Positions 6,895 through 15,148 of a DNA stretch of 64,000 nt are shown in pieces. The notes under the pieces were generated by a model. It ran no database searches. It saw nothing but the letters and a program-made list of their open reading frames with translations, and was not told where the DNA came from. Within the stretch, counting starts at the first letter, position 1, and each line of letters opens with the position of its first letter. The DNA lies in contig JBIIXY010000001.1 in assembly GCA_044347105.1 (NCBI GenBank), forward strand, positions 19,984 to 83,983, in the 5' to 3' direction. The translations under genes and the position numbers were made by a program. Source of the DNA: Prochlorococcaceae cyanobacterium. GTDB taxonomy: Bacteria; Cyanobacteriota; Cyanobacteriia; PCC-6307; Cyanobiaceae.

Positions 6895-7629
6895 TCAGGG
6901 CAGCGCGAGTGTTTTGTTACGGCGATGGGCTTCAGGCAGCTCGAACCAGGCGAGGCCGGGCTGCTCGTGGTGTTCCCTGTGGTAGCCGAAGTGGTAACAG
7001 GCCAGCAGGGAGAGCCAGCTGGGCCAGGCCAGGCTGATCGGTCCGCCGCTGCCATGCCGGCGATGGGGCAGGTAGGTGCCCACAACGAACAGCTGCAGGG
7101 AACTGAGCAGCAACGGCAGGATGCATCCCGTGAACACGCGCAGGCAGGTCTGCTGCCAGCTGACGGGCTGGACCATCCACACCCCAGCCCCCAGCCCTCC
7201 CCACCCCGCCAGCAGAAGGGTCATCTGCCATGGAGTGAGGTAGCCAGCCATGAATTGGAGGTACCAACGCAGGGCGCCGTCGCCGGGATGGCGATGGAAA
7301 TCGGGATCGCCGGCCGAAGCGGGGCGCTGGTGGTGCAGGGCGTGGTTGCGCAGGCAACGGCCATAGCCCAGGGCTCCGTAGAGGCCCAGCGCCAGGGCAC
7401 CCAACCGGTGGTTGACCTGGAGGCGGCGCGGGAGCAGCAGGCCATGCATGGCGTCGTGAGCCACGATGAACAGGCCCGTGTGCAGCAACGTGCGCAGCAG
7501 CACTGCAGCCACCCACCAGGGGGCGCCCAGGCTGAAAGGATCGAGCAGCAGCATGGCCCCCAGGGATCCCAGCCAGAGCAGCAGGATCAGGGCAGCCAGT
7601 CCCAGACCCTGCTCACCGGCGCTGCTCAA
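6895..7629 (-). CDS. crtW: Beta-carotene ketolase CrtW
   Basis: 244 aa membrane protein with the CrtW histidine boxes HDAMHG, HALHHQRP, HREHH; TTG start at 7629 overlaps the ocp stop (TTGA); internal ATG 7554 is an alternative. Confidence 0.9.
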   Translation of the reverse strand: MSSAGEQGLGLAALILLLWLGSLGAMLLLDPFSLGAPWWVAAVLLRTLLHTGLFIVAHDAMHGLLLPRRLQVNHRLGALALGLYGALGYGRCLRNHALHHQRPASAGDPDFHRHPGDGALRWYLQFMAGYLTPWQMTLLLAGWGGLGAGVWMVQPVSWQQTCLRVFTGCILPLLLSSLQLFVVGTYLPHRRHGSGGPISLAWPSWLSLLACYHFGYHREHHEQPGLAWFELPEAHRRNKTLALP

Positions 7630-8579
7630 CGCTGGAACTTGAGCAGTTCGGCGGGCGATGCCAGCAGGTCGATGGCCACGAAATAGATCTTGCCTTCCGG
7701 GTTCAGCAGGAAGCGCCAGGCCACGTTCATGCCGATGCCGGCCCCGAACCAGGGTGTCTGCACCTTGCCAGTGACCTTGATCTGGGTGAAGTCACCTTCC
7801 GTGGGTTCGGCGTAGCCGCGCTCGGGCAGCAGCTTGAGGTTCTGGCAGTCCTCGCGGAAAAAGCGCAGGATCTTGTCGCTGCCCACGATCGGCTTCTGAA
7901 ACGGCGGTTGCAGGGCGCCGTCGGGCAGGAACAGCTGGATCAGATTGTCAAAGTCGTTGGCGTTCAGCAGGTCCATGTAGCTGAGCACCGTGGAATTGAG
8001 CACCCCTTCGATGAACACCTTCTTGCGCTGCTCCTCAGGCGTGGGCGCCACGATCGGCTCGGCCACCCGCTGACCTTCGCCCTTGGCCGGATCAAAGCCC
8101 ATGTCCACCACGAAATTGCGCAGCAGGGTGATCTGCTGGCCCTGCTCCACCCCCTTCACTGAACTCAGCACAGCCGAGGCGTTGGCGGAGAGCTGGTAGC
8201 CCTCGGGAATCGGCGCCACCAGACCGGCGGCCATCCATTCACCGAGCTGATACCAGAAGCCCAGCTTGATGTTCACCGACCACAGCGCGTAGGTGCGGCA
8301 GATCGGCGTGTCGCTGCGGTTTGCCAGGTCGCACATCACCTGGCTCTGCTGGGCGAAGTCCATCGCCTTGATCTGGTTCAGCACCGGCTCGGCGAACTGC
8401 ATCCGTGCCGCGCCAGGAGCCGCCACGGTGATCGTGCTGCCCATCTCCAGATAGGCGTACCAGATCAGGGCCAGCTGATCCTCGGCGCTGAGCAGGCGGT
8501 AGCGCGCGGTGATCGCGGGCACCACGTCCGCTGAGAGGGTGTCAGGGAAGATCTGGGCAGCCTTCTCAAGCGTGAACAT
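7626..8579 (-). CDS. ocp: Orange carotenoid protein OCP
   Basis: 317 aa. MFTLEKAAQIFPDTLSADVVPAITARY ... EDQLALIWYAYLEMG ... ICRTYALWSVNIKLGFWYQLGEWM plus C-terminal NTF2-like domain (VTGKVQTPWFGAGIGMNVAWRFLLNPEGKIYFVAIDLLASP): full-length OCP1-type. Confidence 0.95.
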   Translation of the reverse strand: MFTLEKAAQIFPDTLSADVVPAITARYRLLSAEDQLALIWYAYLEMGSTITVAAPGAARMQFAEPVLNQIKAMDFAQQSQVMCDLANRSDTPICRTYALWSVNIKLGFWYQLGEWMAAGLVAPIPEGYQLSANASAVLSSVKGVEQGQQITLLRNFVVDMGFDPAKGEGQRVAEPIVAPTPEEQRKKVFIEGVLNSTVLSYMDLLNANDFDNLIQLFLPDGALQPPFQKPIVGSDKILRFFREDCQNLKLLPERGYAEPTEGDFTQIKVTGKVQTPWFGAGIGMNVAWRFLLNPEGKIYFVAIDLLASPAELLKFQR

Positions 8580-8605
8580 CGGCGTTCGATTAAGGATCTT
8601 TACAG

Positions 8606-8611
8606 ATTCTA
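8606..8611 (-). promoter_or_regulatory. Possible -10 element of the ocp promoter
   Basis: Minus-strand TAGAAT 27-32 nt upstream of the ocp ATG; no good -35 hexamer seen. Confidence 0.2.
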
Positions 8612-8712
8612 GGGGGTGGCCGGAGCATGCTGGTTGTGCAGTGATTAAATCTCCCCCCTCTTTGCTTCAGATTGCTGCCGCTCACGCGCTTCTGGGCCCC
8701 TGGTACTGCCGT

Positions 8713-9012
8713 TCAGTCCCCGTTCTGGCGCACCCGCTTCACCGCCAGACCCGCCTCGGCCGCGGTCACACCGGCCAGCAGCAGCAGGCCCGCCAGCCCC
8801 ACCAGCTGGTTCTGGCTCGCACCGCCGGTATCGGCGTTCTGCCCCAGCGCTGCCCCAGCCACGAACCAGCCGGTGGCCAGGCTGCTGGTGATCCAGTAGG
8901 CCTTCCAGCGCCGCTGATAGAGGTAACCAGCCCCCAGGCCCGGCAGCACGTTCAACAGCACCGCCACCCAGCCGGCCGATGCCCCCAGGATCTGCTCTCG
9001 GGTTGGTGTCAT
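8713..9012 (-). CDS. Small integral membrane protein, unknown function
   Basis: 99 aa, three hydrophobic segments (WVAVLLNVLPGLGAGYLY, WITSSLATGWFVAGAAL, LVGLAGLLLLAGVTAA); coding-like third positions. Confidence 0.55.
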   Translation of the reverse strand: MTPTREQILGASAGWVAVLLNVLPGLGAGYLYQRRWKAYWITSSLATGWFVAGAALGQNADTGGASQNQLVGLAGLLLLAGVTAAEAGLAVKRVRQNGD

Positions 9013-9035
9013 CGCTGATCAGGCATCAACAGCTG

Positions 9036-9503
9036 TCACTGTGGCGTGTCCGCCCCTCGGCGGTTGAGGCGTTGCATCTGCCAGGTCACCAACGTACCCA
9101 CCGGACTCCACAGCAGGTAAGGCACCAGCAGCCATGCCGCCAGCGGCACCAGACGGGCCAGCACCGCTGTGAGAGCCATCCCCCAGAGCCAGCCGCCAAA
9201 GCCGATCCAGGTGCCCGCCGCCAGCCGACGGGTGCGGCAGATCACCAGGGTGTAGCTCTGCACCAGCAACAGCAGCCCCAGAAACCCGAGCATCAGGCCC
9301 CAGCTGCCGCGGTTCCGCCAGCTCAGCAGGGCGGCCGCCCAGAAACAGACGTAGATGCTGATCCAGATCAGCGGGATCAGTCGTTCGAAGGTGAGCCAGG
9401 CCGGTCGCCGCAGGCGCAGGAACCAGGCGAAGTCCTCCCGGCTGGGGTTGAGCAGCAGCCCCACCGCCACCATCACCAGCAGGATCATCACTGCGGCAAG
9501 CAT
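9036..9503 (-). CDS. TspO/MBR-like tryptophan-rich membrane protein (diverged)
   Basis: ORF 9036..9593, ATG 9503 preferred. About 5 TM, W-rich. WFLRLRRPAWLTFERLIPLIWISIY and LLVPYLLWSPVGTLVTW resemble the TspO W..L.KP.W.PP...F..VW..LY and LPYL.W..FA motifs. Confidence 0.5.
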   Translation of the reverse strand: MLAAVMILLVMVAVGLLLNPSREDFAWFLRLRRPAWLTFERLIPLIWISIYVCFWAAALLSWRNRGSWGLMLGFLGLLLLVQSYTLVICRTRRLAAGTWIGFGGWLWGMALTAVLARLVPLAAWLLVPYLLWSPVGTLVTWQMQRLNRRGADTPQ

Positions 9504-9591
9504 CCGCAACCGGATCGGGGCACCTTCAGCCTGCCCCAACTCAGCCGTGCTGGCCAATCTCCGGTAGGGTCGGCCTTGCCGATGACCACCC

Positions 9592-9804
9592 ATGGACAGG
9601 ACCCTCAGGGGCGTTGCCTATGTGAGTGTGTGGGTGCTGCTCTGGGGCACCGCCGCCTCCCTGGCCGACTTCGTGCTGCTGGAACGGGGGGCCTACTCCG
9701 CCGGCACCCCCGGCCAGGCGATCACGTTTGCCTCCTATGGCCTGGCTGCGGTGGTGCTCGCGGTGCGCCTTGCTGGCCGCTTTCTCAACAATCCAACCCC
9801 CTGA
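9592..9804 (+). CDS. Small membrane protein, unknown function
   Basis: 70 aa, two hydrophobic helices, ATG start, followed 14 nt later by a good intrinsic terminator. Confidence 0.55.
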   Translation: MDRTLRGVAYVSVWVLLWGTAASLADFVLLERGAYSAGTPGQAITFASYGLAAVVLAVRLAGRFLNNPTP

Positions 9805-9817
9805 GATCAAGCCGCCA

Positions 9818-9843
9818 AATGAGCAGATGTGCTCATCTTTTGT
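9818..9843 (+). terminator. Rho-independent terminator
   Basis: ATGAGCA-gatg-TGCTCAT (9819-9836) followed by CTTTTGT. Confidence 0.6.
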
Positions 9844-9933
9844 GGTCTGCTTCTAGTTCGGTAGTCATCACTACTGATTGTTGATCACAATGTCCCGGCT
9901 TGGTTCATCTCACACTTGACGTGTTTTCCTGGT

Positions 9934-9964
9934 GAAACGGACAGTGATCACCATCACCCGTTTC
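9934..9964 (+). other. Stem-loop in the leader of the 9973 gene
   Basis: GAAACGG (9934-9940) pairs with CCGTTTC (9958-9964); the 17 nt loop contains the palindrome GTGATCAC; ends 9 nt before ATG 9973. Confidence 0.3.
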
Positions 9965-9972
9965 GAACGTCC

Positions 9973-10269
9973 ATGACCACCCTTGCCAGGCCGCTCGGGG
10001 CAACCGCTGTTCAAGGCCCGGCCGACCACTACGTCGCCCTGCGTGATGAGCGGGCGCCTTACCGCGGCCGGTGGCTGATCTGCGCTGATAGTCATGGGCA
10101 GTTCTGGGCGTTTCACGATGCGGCGATGGAAACAGACCAATCCTCTGTGGTGGAGGAGCGCCTGTTCCCTGCCCGTCACGAGGCCTCCAGGTTCATGCGC
10201 CACCTCTTGCTGCATGGCTGGTCGATCTACGGCCAGGGTCAGGGCGACCTTCTTGATCAGCTCTGGTGA
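9973..10269 (+). CDS. Hypothetical protein
   Basis: ORF 9916..10269; ATG 9973 (MTTLARPLG...) preferred because of the upstream hairpin; no family recognised. Confidence 0.45.
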   Translation: MTTLARPLGATAVQGPADHYVALRDERAPYRGRWLICADSHGQFWAFHDAAMETDQSSVVEERLFPARHEASRFMRHLLLHGWSIYGQGQGDLLDQLW

Positions 10270-10284
10270 ACCTTTCTCCGTGGT

Positions 10285-12153
10285 TCAAACAGTGGTGACC
10301 ACCGCCAGCAGCGCCTCCCCATAGCGTTCCAGCTTGGCGGCGCCGATGCCGCTCAGCTGGGCCAGGGCATCCAGATCACGCGGCTGACACGCCGCCACCT
10401 CCACCAGGGTGCGGTCGTGGAACACCACATAGGGCGGCACCCCCTGCAGCCTGGCCTGCTCACGCCGCCACTCCTTCAGCCGGGCCAGGAGTGAGGCGTC
10501 CACTTCTGCGTCGATCGGCAGGTAGGCAGGCTGCGCCACGCTGCGCTTGCTCTCCCGCCGGGGCGGCGGCAGTGCCAGGTTCAGCCGCTGCTCTCCCCGC
10601 AGCAGCGGCCTCACCAGCTCCTCGGCGCCGAAGCACAGTCCTCCCCTGGCCTCTGCCGGGGCCTCCAGGATCTCCCGGCTGAGCAGCTGGCGCACCAAGG
10701 CCCGCCACTGCCCCCGGTCGAGTTCCCGGCCGATCCCGTACACACTCAACTGGTCGTGCCCCAGTTGCCGGATCTTCTCGCTGCTCGCCCCTAGCAGCAC
10801 GTCCACCACATGGGCCGCACCGAAGCGTTGGCCTGTGCGGTACACCGCCGAAAGCAGTTTCTGCACCGGCAGCGACACATCCTCCAGGGCCTGGGGCTCC
10901 AGGCAGCCATCGCAGTTGCCGCAGGGCTCGGCCAGCTGCTCGCCGAAATGGCGCAGCAGCACCTGGCGGCGGCAGCCGGTGGCCTCGCTGAAGCCGATCA
11001 GGGTGTCCAGCTTGCCCCGCTCGATGCGCTTCTGCTCCTCGCTGGCGGAGGAGTCGTCGATGAAGCGGCGCAGCTGGGGGATGTCGCCAGGACCATGCAC
11101 CATCCAGGCCACTGCCGGCAGGCCATCCCGCCCGGCCCGGCCCGTTTCCTGGTAGTAGGCCTCCAGGCTCTTGGGCAGATCCACATGGGCCACGAAGCGC
11201 ACGTCCGGCTTGTCGATGCCCATGCCGAAGGCGATCGTGGCCACCACCACCACCGCCGCCTCCTGGCGGAACCGCTGCAGGGCGCGGCTGCGCTGCCCGG
11301 CTGTCAAGCCGGCGTGGTAGGCCACAGCGTCGTAGCCGGCGTGCTGCAGCTCGCGGCAGAGCTGGTCCACCCGGTTGCGGGAGCGGGCGTACACGATTCC
11401 CGCTTCGTTGCGGTGCTCGGCCAGGAAGCTGAGCAGCTGGCGGCCGGGCTGATCCTTGGCCCGCAGCAGGTAGCGGATGTTGGGGCGATCGAAGCTGGCC
11501 AGGAACACCTGGCCTTCCTCGAGGCGCAGCCGCTCCACGATCTCAGCGCGGGTGCGCGGGTCGGCGGTGGCCGTGAGCGCCAGCCGCGGCACTGCCGGAA
11601 AACGCTCGGCCAGCACCCCCAGCTGGATGTACTCGGGGCGGAAGTCGTGTCCCCATTGCGACACGCAATGGGCTTCATCAATGGCGAACAGGGCCAGGGG
11701 GTGCGGGCCTGGCAGCGCTGCCAAGCGCTCGAGCAGATCGCCGCCCAGCAAGCGCTCCGGCGACACGTAGAGCAGCTGCAGATCTCCGCCCTGCAACTGC
11801 CGCCACACCGCGGCCGCTGCAGAGGCCTCCAGCCCCGAATGCAGAGCGGCGGCCGCCACCCCCAGCTGCACCAGCGCCTCCACCTGGTCCTGCATCAGGG
11901 CGATCAGCGGCGACACCACCACCGCCAGGCCTGGGCGGCACAGCGCCGGCACCTGATAGCAGAGCGATTTGCCGCCGCCGGTGGGCATCAGCACCAGCCC
12001 GGAACCGCCGCCGATCACGTGGCGCACGATCGCCTCCTGGGGGCCGCGGAAGGCCCCATAGCCGAAAACGCGCCGCAGTACGGCCTGGGGATCGGCAGAG
12101 GCAGGCACGGGTGGGCTGGTCACGCCGTGGTGGCTGGCACGGAGACCCCCCAC
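10285..12153 (-). CDS. recQ: ATP-dependent DNA helicase RecQ
   Basis: 622 aa; helicase motifs LVLMPTGGGKSLCYQ, FAIDEAHCVSQWGHDFRP, LTATA; RecQ zinc cluster (CRRQVLLRHFGE..CGNCDGC); C-terminal HRDC-like region; GTG 12123 is a possible true start. Confidence 0.9.
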   Translation of the reverse strand: MGGLRASHHGVTSPPVPASADPQAVLRRVFGYGAFRGPQEAIVRHVIGGGSGLVLMPTGGGKSLCYQVPALCRPGLAVVVSPLIALMQDQVEALVQLGVAAAALHSGLEASAAAAVWRQLQGGDLQLLYVSPERLLGGDLLERLAALPGPHPLALFAIDEAHCVSQWGHDFRPEYIQLGVLAERFPAVPRLALTATADPRTRAEIVERLRLEEGQVFLASFDRPNIRYLLRAKDQPGRQLLSFLAEHRNEAGIVYARSRNRVDQLCRELQHAGYDAVAYHAGLTAGQRSRALQRFRQEAAVVVVATIAFGMGIDKPDVRFVAHVDLPKSLEAYYQETGRAGRDGLPAVAWMVHGPGDIPQLRRFIDDSSASEEQKRIERGKLDTLIGFSEATGCRRQVLLRHFGEQLAEPCGNCDGCLEPQALEDVSLPVQKLLSAVYRTGQRFGAAHVVDVLLGASSEKIRQLGHDQLSVYGIGRELDRGQWRALVRQLLSREILEAPAEARGGLCFGAEELVRPLLRGEQRLNLALPPPRRESKRSVAQPAYLPIDAEVDASLLARLKEWRREQARLQGVPPYVVFHDRTLVEVAACQPRDLDALAQLSGIGAAKLERYGEALLAVVTTV

Positions 12154-12177
12154 AATGGCGCCAACCGGTGTGCGCCG

Positions 12178-13062
12178 ATGTCCAGTTCCGCCCCCCGCAC
12201 GGCCACCGCCTGGGGCTTCCTCAGCCCGGGCCTCCTGCTGCTCGGCCTGTCGGTGCTGATCCCCGCCGCCATGGCCCTGGTGATGAGCTTCACCCAGAGC
12301 GGCCTGGATGTGAGCGAACCGCTGCGCTTCATCGGCCTGGCCAACATCCGCCGCCTGCTGGCTGATCCGATGTTCGCCCGGGTGAGCATCACCACCTTCC
12401 TCTATCTGGTGGGGGTGGTGCCGCCGATGGTGCTGGGCTCACTGGCCCTGGCGGTGCTGGTGAACCGCAAGCTGCCCGGCATCCACTGGTTCCGTGGCGC
12501 CCTCTACACGCCGGTGCTGGTGTCGATCGTGGTGGCCGCCATTGCCTTCCGTTGGCTCTACGCCGAGAACGGGCTGGTGAATGGCTGGCTGGTAGCCCTG
12601 CTGGGCGATCGCTTCAATCCCATCGGCTTTCTCACCGCACCGGCCCTGGCGCTGCCCTCGGTGATGCTCGTCACCCTCTGGAAGGGCCTGGGTTACTACA
12701 TGGTGATCTTCCTGGCCGGTCTGCAGGGGATCTCTCCAGACCTCTACGAGGCCGCCGCCCTCGATGGCAGCGACGGCTGGCGTAAGCATCTCGACATCAC
12801 CCTGCCGCTGCTGCGCCCCTACCTCACCCTGGTGGCGGTGATCTCGGCGATCGCCTCCACCAAAGTGTTCGAGGAGGTGTTCCTGATGACCCAGGGCGGG
12901 CCGGCCGATGCCACCCGCACCGTTGTGTATTACGTGTACGACCAGGCCTTCGCCGAACTGGAGATCAGCTACGCCTGCACCGTGGGCCTGGCCCTGTTTC
13001 TGGCCGTGCTGCTGCTCAGCCTGGTGCGCTATGCCTTCGCCGGCGACAAGGGCTTCAGTTGA
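12178..13062 (+). CDS. ABC sugar-type transporter permease (MalF/UgpA family)
   Basis: ATG 12178 inside ORF 10810..13062 (the upstream part is antisense to recQ); 294 aa, 6 TM, EAA loop LYEAAALDGSDGWRKHLDITLPLL. Confidence 0.85.
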   Translation: MSSSAPRTATAWGFLSPGLLLLGLSVLIPAAMALVMSFTQSGLDVSEPLRFIGLANIRRLLADPMFARVSITTFLYLVGVVPPMVLGSLALAVLVNRKLPGIHWFRGALYTPVLVSIVVAAIAFRWLYAENGLVNGWLVALLGDRFNPIGFLTAPALALPSVMLVTLWKGLGYYMVIFLAGLQGISPDLYEAAALDGSDGWRKHLDITLPLLRPYLTLVAVISAIASTKVFEEVFLMTQGGPADATRTVVYYVYDQAFAELEISYACTVGLALFLAVLLLSLVRYAFAGDKGFS

Positions 13063-13138
13063 GCTGGTCAGCGAAACAGGGCCGCTCCCGGGTTGCTCCT
13101 AACCTTGCCCCTTGGCCGCCAACGTGCCGGGACTGTTC

Positions 13139-14404
13139 ATGGTTGAGATTCCAGCCCCGAGCGACCCTGCCTCGCCGGTGATCGGCGTGGTGGGAGGCGG
13201 CCAGCTGGCCTGGATGCTTGCCGCTGCCGCCAGGGAGCTGGAGCTGCCCGTGGTTGTGCAGACCCCCCGACCCGACGATCCCGCCACCAGTCTGGCCAGC
13301 GCTGTGGTGCAGGCCCCGCTGCACGATCTGCAGGCCACGCGGGAGCTCGCCCAGCGCTCCACGGTGGTGACCTTCGAGAACGAGTGGCTCGATCTTGATG
13401 GCCTCACCCTGCTGGCCGCCGAGGGAGTGACCTTCCTGCCTTCCCTGGCCGCCCTCCAGCCCCTGGTCAGCAAGCACCGCCAGCGTCTGCTGCTGCAGCG
13501 CCTCGGCATTCCCAGTCCACCCTGGATGCTGCTGGCCGATCTGCCCTGCCTGCAGCCGCCGCTGCCGTTGGAACAGAGGTCTCCGGGTGCGTCCCCCCCG
13601 GCTGAACCCAGCGGTGTCGCCACCCTGCCTCCCGGATGGAGCTTCCCGCTGATGGCCAAGGCCGCCACCGGCGGCTACGACGGCAAGGGCACCCGGTTGC
13701 TCAGCGACAGCGACGACCTGCAGCAGCTGTTGGCGGAGGTGGATCCGCAGATGTGGTTGCTCGAGCCCTTTGTGTCCTTCGAGCTGGAGCTCTCCCAGCT
13801 GGTGGCCCGGGACCGCAGCGGGCAGGTGGTCTGCTACCCGCTGGTGCAGACCCAGCAGCACCGCCAGGTTTGCGACTGGGTGCTCACCCCAGCAGCAGTT
13901 CCCCACGCCGTGCAGGCCTTTGCCCGCAACATGGCCGTCTCCCTGCTCACCGCCATCGATTACGTGGGCGTGCTCTCGATTGAATTTTTCTACGGGCCCG
14001 ATGGTCTGCAGGTGAATGAGATCGCCCCGCGCACCCACAACTCCGGCCACGTCACGATCGAGGCCTGCCGCACCAGCCAGTTTGCCCAGCAGGCCCGCAT
14101 TGTGGCCGGGTTGCCCCTGGGCGATGCCGATCTCCAGGTGCCCGGAGCCCTGATGGTGAACCTGCTGGGCTTTGAGCATGCCAGCGATGAGTACGCCGAA
14201 CGCCGCAGCCAGTTGGCGGCCCTGCCCGGCGCCAGCGTGCACTGGTACGGCAAGCATCAGGCGATCCCCGGCCGCAAGCTGGGCCACATCACCCTGCTGC
14301 TGGATGCCCCGTCCGCTGAGCAACGGCAGGCCCAGGCCAGCAATCGGCTGGCTGCCGTGCGCGCGATCTGGCCGCTGCCAACGCAACCGAGCGAGCAGCC
14401 TTAA
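13139..14404 (+). CDS. purK: N5-carboxyaminoimidazole ribonucleotide synthase PurK
   Basis: ORF 13112..14404; IGVVGGGQLAWML, ATP-grasp GGYDGKGTRL, EIAPRTHNSGH, GRKLGHITLL; contains a Pro-rich insertion. Confidence 0.9.
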   Translation: MVEIPAPSDPASPVIGVVGGGQLAWMLAAAARELELPVVVQTPRPDDPATSLASAVVQAPLHDLQATRELAQRSTVVTFENEWLDLDGLTLLAAEGVTFLPSLAALQPLVSKHRQRLLLQRLGIPSPPWMLLADLPCLQPPLPLEQRSPGASPPAEPSGVATLPPGWSFPLMAKAATGGYDGKGTRLLSDSDDLQQLLAEVDPQMWLLEPFVSFELELSQLVARDRSGQVVCYPLVQTQQHRQVCDWVLTPAAVPHAVQAFARNMAVSLLTAIDYVGVLSIEFFYGPDGLQVNEIAPRTHNSGHVTIEACRTSQFAQQARIVAGLPLGDADLQVPGALMVNLLGFEHASDEYAERRSQLAALPGASVHWYGKHQAIPGRKLGHITLLLDAPSAEQRQAQASNRLAAVRAIWPLPTQPSEQP

Positions 14405-14597
14405 GATGGGTTCGGACTGCTGTGTTGGTGACTGCCTTCTACAGTTTTCTGATCTGACTCCCCTTTCGACATGGGGGTCTGCAGCGGAAGCAACGTAAGC
14501 CGGCCCCAGAGCTGGAAACGGCGCCCCGCCTTTGACCCCCTTCTGGTTCCACCAGGTCGAACACTGGGGCAAGACGGCATGGCGGTCCACCCCTTTT
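14405..14597 (+). ncRNA. Candidate ncRNA or long purK 3' UTR (possible 6S RNA locus)
   Basis: 249 nt gap with no coding-like ORF; hairpins at 14456-14479 and 14543-14555; terminator-like element at 14566-14597; I remember 6S RNA lying downstream of purK in cyanobacteria. No 6S-type rod fold verified. Confidence 0.25.
14566..14597 (+). terminator. Terminator-like hairpin plus T-run
   Basis: GGGG (14566-14569) ... GAC-G-GC-atg-GC-G-GTC ... CCCC (14590-14593) followed by TTTT (14594-14597). Confidence 0.4.
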
Positions 14598-14653
14598 GAG
14601 CCAACCGGTCGGTTGCCGGCCTGGGCTGGTGCTCGCCGAAGCCACTCTCCGCC

Positions 14654-15148
14654 ATGGTTGCTTCCCAGAACCCACTGGCCGACTCGGCCCAGCTGCTCGC
14701 CCTGCCGGAGCCACTGCTTCAGGCCTTAGGCCCGCTGCTTGAGCGGGCACCGGCCTCCCTCTTCCCGCGAGCGCGCCGCCTCTATTTCGACAAATACCCC
14801 CTGGAGGGTCGTCCGGAGGATCTGGATCTGGCCCACGCTTCAGCCCCCTTCCGCACGTTTGTCCTGCGCGAAACCCTCGGCCTGCCCGAGTTGATGGAGC
14901 GGGATGGCGGTGATGATGAACCGCCTGCCCCCAAGCTGCATGAGCTGGCCCTGGTCCACTGGCAGGAGGTGAATCAGCCTTCAACAGAGGAGGTGATGGG
15001 CTACTTGCGCCAACGCTGGCTGCTGGAGCCCGCCCGGGTGGAGGCGATGCAGGAGAGCTGGTTCCGCGAGGGCGGGGCCTGGACGCGCGTCACCCTGCCA
15101 GGAGCTGATCCAGCTCCCGTTGCAACTGATCCCGAGACCACGCCGTAA
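14654..15148 (+). CDS. Conserved-looking hypothetical protein
   Basis: 164 aa, ATG start, G/C-rich third positions; no family recognised; last 59 nt overlap the convergent CDS 15090..15368. Confidence 0.6.
   Translation: MVASQNPLADSAQLLALPEPLLQALGPLLERAPASLFPRARRLYFDKYPLEGRPEDLDLAHASAPFRTFVLRETLGLPELMERDGGDDEPPAPKLHELALVHWQEVNQPSTEEVMGYLRQRWLLEPARVEAMQESWFREGGAWTRVTLPGADPAPVATDPETTP

Noticed and set aside
10810-12177. N-terminal 456 codons of ORF 10810-13062, and similar 5' extensions of ORFs 27732-31337 (dxs), 38193-40721 (htpG), 39411-41027 (DUF3598), 55647-57299 (argC), 57032-58330 (DUF1257) and 57290-58372 (purN).
   Set aside because: Homology to the named family begins at an internal ATG/GTG. 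The upstream portions overlap other well-supported genes on the opposite strand.
14439-14984. ORFs across the purK-downstream spacer (14401-14655(-), 14439-14984(-), 14532-14729(+)) as real genes.
   Set aside because: Pro/Arg/Gly-rich translations lacking start context. They overlap the better-supported 14654-15148 CDS, or lie in the spacer treated as a candidate ncRNA.
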